From IMG/VR virus record IMGVR_UViG_3300032320_001447, positions 110,360 through 174,359 of that record: a stretch of 64,000 bases of DNA, one strand, 5' to 3'. The notes beneath the pieces were generated by a model. The model was not told where the DNA came from. It worked only from the letters and a program-made list of their open reading frames with translations, and did no database searches. Shown here piece by piece: positions 56,964 through 64,000 of the stretch. A program made the position numbers and the translations under genes. This DNA comes from a virus. Taxonomy: Duplodnaviria; Caudoviricetes. Each line of letters begins with the position of its first letter. Within the stretch, counting starts at the first letter, position 1.

Positions 56964-57710
56964 TTATTTAGTGAATACACCTTTTTTAACCATTCTTGCT
57001 AAAATACGAGAACACGCAATATCTAATGCTTTCTTAGTAGCAATAGAAACCGTTGATTGATTGAATTTAACTGGATCGGCTGTTGCATCAGATAATAAAG
57101 TTAACTCTCTTGTTGTCTTTGCTTCACCCAAACCAGAAGCAGCTATGATTTCTCCAGTCTCTGCGTCAGTGAATCTTACTTGTAGACCTAAACGAGTCAC
57201 CATTGTGTTCTTAACTCCATTAGATAGATTTACCTCTTCGTCGTCTGATACTGACCAATCATAAACTTCGATCTCTACAAAGTAGTGAGCCAATCTAATC
57301 TTACCTCGACCATCTAATTTATCTTGAGAAATTCCAGCTGCTGAAGCTTGGAATTGTTTTACCATTCTATTCTTAATCTCTGTCTTATCTTCAGTGAATG
57401 TGAACCTGTTTAAATTCTCCAAATATTCTAAAGAGATATTAGCAACACCAAGTCCAACTCTTTTTTCTTTTAGTTCTGGATACTGTTCGTATACCTCTTC
57501 ACCGATACCGCATTTCAATATTTGAATTGGAATTGTTGGACCTGAGTAGTCCATGTATTGGCTTATGTCTAGCTTTGTTTCGAATGACGCTTTGTATTGT
57601 TCTGTTGTAGTTTTACCTATCGTTTGAGCATGCAGACTGCTCATTGTAAATAGAGTCAACAATAAAGACATTCCAACTATTAGTAATGTTTTTTGGTATT
57701 TTGCTTTCAT
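56964..57710 (-). CDS. CsgG/HfaB-like envelope protein
   Basis: Signal peptide; 'LENLNRFTFTE', 'AHYFVEIEVYDW', 'LQVRFTDAETGEII'. Confidence 0.7.
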   Translation of the reverse strand: MKAKYQKTLLIVGMSLLLTLFTMSSLHAQTIGKTTTEQYKASFETKLDISQYMDYSGPTIPIQILKCGIGEEVYEQYPELKEKRVGLGVANISLEYLENLNRFTFTEDKTEIKNRMVKQFQASAAGISQDKLDGRGKIRLAHYFVEIEVYDWSVSDDEEVNLSNGVKNTMVTRLGLQVRFTDAETGEIIAASGLGEAKTTRELTLLSDATADPVKFNQSTVSIATKKALDIACSRILARMVKKGVFTK

Positions 57711-57712
57711 AG

Positions 57713-58003
57713 TTAATTTTTTCTAGGCTTACGAGGAGGTAAAGGTTGTCTATAGTTCCTATTAGGCGGTACAACTTGTCTTCTTGGTACTACTATAGGT
57801 CTCTGTATAATTAGTGGTCTGTAAGGTTGAACTCCAAAAAATCCATTATAGAAATATAAAGGAATGCGAGGTTCGTACACGTCTTCGTAGATAATTCTCT
57901 TTCTAACTTCTACAAGTTTAGTAGAGTCTTTAGGATCTACCATAACGTATTGAACTGGAGTACAACTTGATAATATTAGCAATAGTGCAAGTATCTTTTT
58001 CAC
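57713..58003 (-). CDS. Pro/Arg-rich lipoprotein
   Basis: 'MKKILALLLILSSC' lipobox. Confidence 0.65.
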   Translation of the reverse strand: MKKILALLLILSSCTPVQYVMVDPKDSTKLVEVRKRIIYEDVYEPRIPLYFYNGFFGVQPYRPLIIQRPIVVPRRQVVPPNRNYRQPLPPRKPRKN

Positions 58004-58004
58004 G

Positions 58005-58331
58005 TTACTTATTTTTTATAATTAATTCACCTAATACCTCTAAACGACCTACTTCTCTTTGGAATTCTACTGGGGACATTCCTAATGAGATCTTCTTTAG
58101 AGTCTTTTCAAATTCTTTCTTAGCTTCGTCAATATCTAGCTTTCCTTCTTTGGCTTTTTTATAGTAAGGCATCTTAACTATAAAGTGGTGATAAGTTAGC
58201 ATTGAAACTCCGCCTTTTTCATGAGCGTTATTTGCTATCTTCTCAGCGCCTGACATTCTTTTATCAGCAAACTCTTCGAATGCTTTGTCTTGTACGACTT
58301 CTTCTTTTAGTAAATCTGCTAATTTTATCAT
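58005..58331 (-). CDS. Hypothetical protein with MIKLADLLKE N-terminus
   Basis: Likely start ATG 58331 overlapping the stop of a 59-aa TM ORF (58328..58507). Confidence 0.6.
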   Translation of the reverse strand: MIKLADLLKEEVVQDKAFEEFADKRMSGAEKIANNAHEKGGVSMLTYHHFIVKMPYYKKAKEGKLDIDEAKKEFEKTLKKISLGMSPVEFQREVGRLEVLGELIIKNK

Positions 58332-58516
58332 TTGAATCTTGCGTCTAATTTCCAAGTTAATTCGTTGCCTATTTTTGTGGCCAATTCTGGTTTTACTGCA
58401 CTCAAAGTTAACATCGTAACTTGGAATGATAACGCAAATACAGCCCACGCAAGAGCTAATTTTACAAAACCTAAAAACAATTTTTCTTTTACTTTATTCA
58501 TATACATTTTTTATAT

Positions 58517-58542
58517 AAAAAGGGCCTTTCGGCCCTTTTTTT
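58517..58542 (-). terminator. Intrinsic terminator
   Basis: AAAAAGGGCC-GAAA-GGCCCTTTTT on the minus strand. Confidence 0.8.
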
Positions 58543-58544
58543 AA

Positions 58545-58784
58545 TTAAGATTCTTTTTTCTTCGCAGAGAACTTATCAATAGTGTCAGCTCCCATACCAA
58601 TGCCAGTAATAATCATTACTGCATTTACTAATTCAGGAGAAGGAGCAAAGTCCGCATGAGAAAAAGAGTTTGCTAACATTGTGCCGCAAAGGAACAATGC
58701 GCCAACAAATGCGATAACAGGTTTGATAGATGTCGTACCTCTTTCATCTTTGAAAAGGTCGATAAGCCATTGTTTAAAATTCAT
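58545..58784 (-). CDS. 2-TM holin-like membrane protein
   Basis: 'DERGTTSIKPVIAF', two TM helices, basic tail. Confidence 0.55.
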   Translation of the reverse strand: MNFKQWLIDLFKDERGTTSIKPVIAFVGALFLCGTMLANSFSHADFAPSPELVNAVMIITGIGMGADTIDKFSAKKKES

Positions 58785-58795
58785 ACTTTTGGGTT

Positions 58796-59413
58796 TTAAT
58801 GTGTTTCATCAAATTGATCTTTCAATAACCCGCACTTCTGACATTCTAATTCACCATCATTGTCTGAGTCTCCCCAAACGTGCTCGCAATATCTATGTGC
58901 TTTAAGCTCGTGCTCTAATTTTAATTTAGCCATTTCTTGCTCGTGTTCTTGCTCGTCTACTTCTAACGTTTGTTTATGATCTTGCTCGTCTTTAATTAAA
59001 TCGTAGTTTTGTTTATTCTCAACTACAGCTAATTCTCTGGCTGCTTGAGCTCCTGCAATAAATGCATCTGGAATCAATGGAGTGACTGGCTTATTTGACT
59101 CTTTCATATCGTTTGTATTAGACAATGAAACGCCGTCTTCTTCATCAGCTTTTTGAACCAGCATCTTATCTTTATCAGAATCAGAGTAGTAGTAATCAAT
59201 GATCTTACCATAGCTACCGATAAATGCACCTAATAATAACATTAATAACTCTTTCCATGCGGCAGCCATTGGAGCTTGAATTAGAATTGCTAAGAATATG
59301 CCCGCGGTGATTAAAATAAATAGACCTAAAACCATAGCGGTAATGTACCATCGCTTGTTCATTATGTCTGTTAGTAAATCCGCAAATTTAGAATTTTGTT
59401 GCTCTTTATTCAT
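58796..59413 (-). CDS. 2-TM protein with coiled coil and C-terminal Zn-finger-like motif
   Basis: Two TM helices; 'CEHVW...CQKCG'. Confidence 0.6.
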   Translation of the reverse strand: MNKEQQNSKFADLLTDIMNKRWYITAMVLGLFILITAGIFLAILIQAPMAAAWKELLMLLLGAFIGSYGKIIDYYYSDSDKDKMLVQKADEEDGVSLSNTNDMKESNKPVTPLIPDAFIAGAQAARELAVVENKQNYDLIKDEQDHKQTLEVDEQEHEQEMAKLKLEHELKAHRYCEHVWGDSDNDGELECQKCGLLKDQFDETH

Positions 59414-59429
59414 TTTTTTATTTTTTATA

Positions 59430-59741
59430 TTACCAAGCCGCTGGCTTTTCTTTAAATTCGTCTGCTTCTTTCTTAGGCTTAGCAGGCGCTGGCTTTTCTT
59501 TAACTGTTTCTTTTTCTTTAATGATCACAGTCTTACCTCCACTTGATGCAGCTTGTTGATTAGAATTTGTAATGTTAATTACAGGAGCTGCTTGTTGTGT
59601 TGGAGTTTTTTCTTCATCTCCACCACCAGTTAATTTGTTTGTGATAAAGCCACCAACTCCTAAAGTAACGGTGCTTACCAAAGTAATGATAATTCCTTTG
59701 AAAGATTTACCAGTTGATTCTTGTTCTACTTCTTCTGCCAT
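59430..59741 (-). CDS. Single-TM protein with Pro/Lys-rich tail
   Basis: ORF track. Confidence 0.6.
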   Translation of the reverse strand: MAEEVEQESTGKSFKGIIITLVSTVTLGVGGFITNKLTGGGDEEKTPTQQAAPVINITNSNQQAASSGGKTVIIKEKETVKEKPAPAKPKKEADEFKEKPAAW

Positions 59742-59752
59742 TTTATTTTGTT

Positions 59753-60121
59753 TTATAATTTGTTAAAATCTGTTATTGCTAACATTTTACCGTTAACATT
59801 AAATACTCCAATTCTATAAGCCGAACGAGGTAAAGCAGAAGTATACACTTTTAAGATGTTGTCTCCTGTTTTAACTTCTACAGTTTCTTTTGATACTACC
59901 TTATTTGATATATCTAATATTTTAATTATAACTGTAGTAGAGGTTTCGCTCTTAACATTCATAGCCACTTCAGTAGTCACGAATGACGTTTGCAATTTAA
60001 TGCCCATTGTGCTAGCCACCTTCAATTCTGGATTGATTTCGACTGGTGTTGGCGCAAAATCTGTTTTTTTACATCCTACAAATAGGATTGCCATAACCAT
60101 TATTAAACATATTTTTTTCAT
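59753..60121 (-). CDS. Lipoprotein with T9SS CTD-like Ig fold
   Basis: FVGC lipobox; 'IKILDISNKVVSK...GDNILKVYTSALPRSAYRI'. Confidence 0.65.
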   Translation of the reverse strand: MKKICLIMVMAILFVGCKKTDFAPTPVEINPELKVASTMGIKLQTSFVTTEVAMNVKSETSTTVIIKILDISNKVVSKETVEVKTGDNILKVYTSALPRSAYRIGVFNVNGKMLAITDFNKL

Positions 60122-60135
60122 GTTTTGTTTGTTTT

Positions 60136-60480
60136 TTAATTAATTATTAGCGTTGTTTTACCTATTTGATTTTTAGTTGAATCCTCTAGTATCAAGTATA
60201 AATATTTAACTGGTAGTGTCTTGGTGTATATTTTTAGTTTATTTTGGCCTCTCTTTACGATAAGTTTCTCTCTTGTTATCACTTGGCCAGTTAAACTATC
60301 CTTCATTGTCAATGTATATTGCCCGCCTAAATTCACTTTGAAATTAATATCTTGACCGTTGATCACAATATTTTGTGGTATTGTAAAAATATCTATTGGA
60401 GTAACTACAGGCGGAGTAGGCGTAATTTCTTTCTTACAAGATATAAATAAAATCCCTAATATGATTAATAATTTTTTCAT
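60136..60480 (-). CDS. Lipoprotein with T9SS CTD-like Ig fold (paralog of 59753..60121)
   Basis: FISC lipobox; 'LTMKDSLTGQVITRE...GQNKLKIYTKTLP...LYL'. Confidence 0.6.
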   Translation of the reverse strand: MKKLLIILGILFISCKKEITPTPPVVTPIDIFTIPQNIVINGQDINFKVNLGGQYTLTMKDSLTGQVITREKLIVKRGQNKLKIYTKTLPVKYLYLILEDSTKNQIGKTTLIIN

Positions 60481-62441
60481 TATAAAACTTTTATTTTTAG
60501 TTGAGTGCCAAATTTATTTACCGCATCAGTAACATACATGGATATTAATCCCAATACGTTGTCTAGTTTAGATATTGGAGTAAATATAATTTTGTATTCA
60601 GTGCTATTATCTAAAGAAGTACTTCCATTAGTTATTAAAGATCCTAAATTAATGTAATCTGTTTTATCAACTCCAAAATTTATGGGTGTTCCTTTTGTTT
60701 TAAATTCTATCCTATTAAACTTTAATATTGTATTGTCATAATTAAGTTTAAATTGAGTACCAACTAAGTCTTGCTGTAATGGATCTACTTTTATAGTAGC
60801 ATAAACTGTATCTTTTATTAATTCAGTAACTATCGATGCTTGTATTTGATTTAAAGTTGAATTCGTAGAAAATGATTTAAGTGATGAGGCAGCTACTATT
60901 GAGGTTGTTTGTAGTGTAGATTGAGCTAAATCAACATCTCCTGTCCAAGTTACTGCAACATCAAAAGCGTTTAACGTATTAGCGTTTAAGTTTGCTGGAA
61001 ACTTAGACGTATAGAAAGAAGTTAAATTACTCCAATTTGAATTTGTAGTAGTATCATAAGTAGCTTTAGGTACTATTTTAATTAAGCTATCTAAGTTAGA
61101 GCTTTTAACTAAACTTTTAATTCCTGTTAATTGTTGAAGAAGTGTAAAACAATCATTTTCATCTATAACTCCATTTTTATTTAGGTCAGCGTTTATAAAT
61201 TGTATGCCTTTATTAAACTCTAATCCATTTTGATTATTCAATATGCCTCTATTATTGAATTCTTTAAATGCGGTATAGACATCAGATAAAGTTACTATAC
61301 TATTATAGATAGTATTTAACTCTGTTTGAGTATATGTAGTTGTTAGAGACAGTGCATGTTTTTTTAAATTTCCAGAAACTTTAGCAGTATCTATATCATT
61401 GGTCATATCTAACTTTCCTAATGCATTAATTGGAATAAATGGTGCAGCAGTTGCTTGAGTATAAATTCCGTTTGATATAGTATACATTTTCCCTCTAAAC
61501 TTTGTCTTATCTACTATACTTGGAAAATTAAAAGTAAACTGAGCTTTTAAAATCTGTCCATTAGAATGAGAAACGCTATTAGAATAAAATTCAGTAAATG
61601 TTGCATCATCAGGATTCGTCCATGTTCCATACTCAATTACATAAGCACAACTGAAGTTATTAGGTAAATCATTCCATTGAGAACCGCCGCCCCATTTAGT
61701 TACTGCGTAATCCTCGTTACCGCTATTGTTTGGTTCTCCGCTTGCCCAGTTATTGTATTGACCTTGTATATTTCCTAAAGTTTGTCCGTTTGATGTTTTG
61801 ATTAAAGTTCCCTTTTCAGGTCCCGCATCAATTCTCCATTGTCCTTCAACTGATTCATCAGTTAGTGCAAACCAAATGCTAGTTTGCGGTACGTTATTAA
61901 AAATAAATAAATCTTCATCTGCTGATGTGATTGTTACTAAATATCCTGTCTGTCCTTTGAATGTTGTGTTTAATGCAGCTGCTCTTGCGTTTGTATAAGT
62001 TGCGCCTATTGATATTGGTCTATAAAAGTGTCCATTTACTCCATTGTAAAAATATCCAGATGGATTAATTGTCGCTGCAACTGATATTTTAACTTCTCCT
62101 TTTACCGCTCCTGTATTGATTTTTAATGAAGCCAATGCAGCATTGATGTTGGCCATTGTACCCGTTACTACTAAACGAGTTTTATTACCTGTTAGAGTGA
62201 ATCCGCTTGCTGCGCTTAGTCCCGTTGTTGTAGTTAGATTAAATGTGGTACCCGTTGGAAAAGTTACTAAACTGATTGATGTTAGTAAAGTTGATGCTGC
62301 GTCAAATCCACTCAAAGAAAATCCGCTTGCGTCTTGAGCTAATGTATTCTCTAAAAAAACCTTAGAGTCTGGAGCCTTTATTGACTGACCAGACCCTAAG
62401 ATTGTTACAAATACAAATAATAATGTAACAAATTTTTTCAT
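60480..62441 (-). CDS. Exported C-type lectin + dockerin-like + cohesin-like protein
   Basis: Signal peptide; 'GYLVTITSADE...YNNWASGEPNN...EDY...WNDL'; EF-loop 'ADLNKNGVIDEND'; C-terminal 'LVGTQFKLNYDNTILKF'. Confidence 0.75.
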   Translation of the reverse strand: MKKFVTLLFVFVTILGSGQSIKAPDSKVFLENTLAQDASGFSLSGFDAASTLLTSISLVTFPTGTTFNLTTTTGLSAASGFTLTGNKTRLVVTGTMANINAALASLKINTGAVKGEVKISVAATINPSGYFYNGVNGHFYRPISIGATYTNARAAALNTTFKGQTGYLVTITSADEDLFIFNNVPQTSIWFALTDESVEGQWRIDAGPEKGTLIKTSNGQTLGNIQGQYNNWASGEPNNSGNEDYAVTKWGGGSQWNDLPNNFSCAYVIEYGTWTNPDDATFTEFYSNSVSHSNGQILKAQFTFNFPSIVDKTKFRGKMYTISNGIYTQATAAPFIPINALGKLDMTNDIDTAKVSGNLKKHALSLTTTYTQTELNTIYNSIVTLSDVYTAFKEFNNRGILNNQNGLEFNKGIQFINADLNKNGVIDENDCFTLLQQLTGIKSLVKSSNLDSLIKIVPKATYDTTTNSNWSNLTSFYTSKFPANLNANTLNAFDVAVTWTGDVDLAQSTLQTTSIVAASSLKSFSTNSTLNQIQASIVTELIKDTVYATIKVDPLQQDLVGTQFKLNYDNTILKFNRIEFKTKGTPINFGVDKTDYINLGSLITNGSTSLDNSTEYKIIFTPISKLDNVLGLISMYVTDAVNKFGTQLKIKVL

Positions 62442-62443
62442 AA

Positions 62444-64000
62444 TTATTCTATGACTAAGTCTATTTTATTACCTTTTTCGTCTACTGCGTCTGCTAATAC
62501 CGTGTAGAACAAACCAGCTGTATTAATTAAAGTTTCTTTAGGAGTAAAGATTAATTTATATGGAGTACCAACTTTTATTCTTGCAGTTTTTAATTGATCA
62601 ATAGAACCAAAAGTCAATCTGCCATTATTAAGAGTTGAAAAATTTGTTATCGTACTTCCAGCATCAAATATAACATCAGTTAAAGTTAATTTAGTGCTAT
62701 CGTATCGCATAATTATTTCTAAGCCAGCTAAATCAGCTTTTGTTAATCCAGCAGATAATACTACTTTTCCATTTTCTAATTTAGAAGACAAACTCAAAGC
62801 TGCTTTTTCTAATACTGGCGCTGCATAAGCCATAGAGCTAACTGACATTGATTTAATTACATTTGTTGAATTAACGTAATTGTTAGTTGAAATTCTATTC
62901 GCTATTGTATCAGGATGAGATGAATGAGACCAGTTTAAATCTCCACCCCAAGCGTATACTGCATCCACTGATTGATTTACGTTTGTTATTTTTACTCTAT
63001 TATCTGGAGATCCATTCAACCAATTTTGATTTAATAAACCTGATGCCCAATTTATGCTAGTTGCGATTGATGATGGTATTCTTGCTTTAGAAGATACATC
63101 GATTCCCATTATATAAGAGAATAAGTAATAAGAATCGCTTTCGTTAAAAGTAGTATCTCCTATTGTAATATTACCTACGCGATTTTCTAAAGATGGATAA
63201 GTAAAGTATGAACTTGCTCCAGTAATACCAATTTCAGAAATACCCAAGAAAGCTTTATAAGCATCAGATACTGTTATGATATCATTCATAAAAGATTTTT
63301 GAAAAGCCGGTCCGATAAATACTCCAACGCTATCTCCTACTTTGATACCGCTTGTAAATATGGCTTCACCGCTTGCGTCTAAAGATTTGATTAAAATAGG
63401 TTGTTTAGTCCAATCTATTTTTCCACTACCATCAGATTTTAAAGGCATTAATTGAACAGTGTGATCTGTTATGTTAGTATAATTTGAAGGATAAAGAACT
63501 CTTACTTTAAATTGAGATGTGTTACCGATTACGCTTGAATTAGGAATAGATAAGCGTAATACAGCGGACGCAATGTTTGGAACATATCCAGAGGTATCAT
63601 TAATTGCATAAGCCATATGAAGCTTATGTATTTCTTGGAAGTTAGATCTATCTTTAATGATAAATTTTTGAGTGGCCAAAGTACCATCTATAATAGTATC
63701 TGTTCTTTGTACAGTTAATTGACCTGTATTCCAATCGTTATTTGTAGTGTATCCCCATGGAGTGGCTTTGTATTGACCGTATAAATCTCCTACAGCAATT
63801 AAAGGATTAGATCCATTATATGCGTAGTTGTTCCAAGAGGTAAAATAGGTTTGAGCCACAGCGCCTTGAGAAAACACAGTGGTATTTGGCACATATTCTA
63901 AGGCCTTATTATTAAAATCGTATCTTAACCAAAAATAACGCGGCTTTAGGCCATTTTTAGCGATTGTATACTTCATTGTAATAGTATCTCCAACGCGATA
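62444..64000 (-). CDS. Exported cohesin-like/dockerin-like protein (5'-truncated by window)
   Basis: Frame stays open to nt 64000 (YRVGDTITMKY...); 'LRYDFNNKALEY', 'ITVSDAYKAF', 'WGGDLNWSHS', 'LAGLEIIMRYDSTKLTL'. Confidence 0.7.
   Translation of the reverse strand, partial: YRVGDTITMKYTIAKNGLKPRYFWLRYDFNNKALEYVPNTTVFSQGAVAQTYFTSWNNYAYNGSNPLIAVGDLYGQYKATPWGYTTNNDWNTGQLTVQRTDTIIDGTLATQKFIIKDRSNFQEIHKLHMAYAINDTSGYVPNIASAVLRLSIPNSSVIGNTSQFKVRVLYPSNYTNITDHTVQLMPLKSDGSGKIDWTKQPILIKSLDASGEAIFTSGIKVGDSVGVFIGPAFQKSFMNDIITVSDAYKAFLGISEIGITGASSYFTYPSLENRVGNITIGDTTFNESDSYYLFSYIMGIDVSSKARIPSSIATSINWASGLLNQNWLNGSPDNRVKITNVNQSVDAVYAWGGDLNWSHSSHPDTIANRISTNNYVNSTNVIKSMSVSSMAYAAPVLEKAALSLSSKLENGKVVLSAGLTKADLAGLEIIMRYDSTKLTLTDVIFDAGSTITNFSTLNNGRLTFGSIDQLKTARIKVGTPYKLIFTPKETLINTAGLFYTVLADAVDEKGNKIDLVIE

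Noticed and set aside
8446-62337. Most short plus-strand ORFs in the track beyond 5.3 kb
   Set aside because: Antisense shadows of well-supported minus-strand genes
1-64000. Stop-codon reassignment
   Set aside because: Recognisable genes are full length in the standard code, and TAA, TAG and TGA all end genes with tight coupling

Overview
The window looks like a segment of a large lytic dsDNA phage genome. It is AT-rich, densely coded, uses the standard code, and is almost entirely on the minus strand after a convergent junction at about 5.25 kb. The host is probably a Bacteroidetes (TAnnTTTG-type promoter elements, almost no Shine-Dalgarno sites, T9SS-like domains, tmRNA tag ending ANEYALAA). 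Layout: (1) 1-4.4 kb methyltransferase/glycosyltransferase genes; (2) 5.7-9.2 kb two divergent amino-acid:DNA-transferase-like genes, a PD-(D/E)xK nuclease and an MBD4-like glycosylase, a candidate DNA-modification module; (3) about 10.8-18.3 kb a GC-richer block with early-type genes, an HNH gene and two unusual non-coding signals, a candidate genome terminus; (4) 18-32 kb uvsE, a phosphoesterase, HExxH proteins and many small ORFs, with a recurring 25-bp palindrome in front of early gene blocks; (5) 33-50.5 kb a large glycan island (gmd, fcl, rfbH-like, GT2/GT4/GT11/GT17); (6) 52.5-55.2 kb an RNA region (tRNA-Ser, a tRNA-like RNA, other hairpins, tmRNA) plus a gene bracketed by a perfect 17-bp inverted repeat; (7) 55.2-64 kb a host-envelope module (beta-barrel protein, CsgG-like protein, T9SS-CTD-like lipoproteins, C-type lectin/cohesin/dockerin-like proteins). 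All family calls come from motif recognition by eye; no searches were run.
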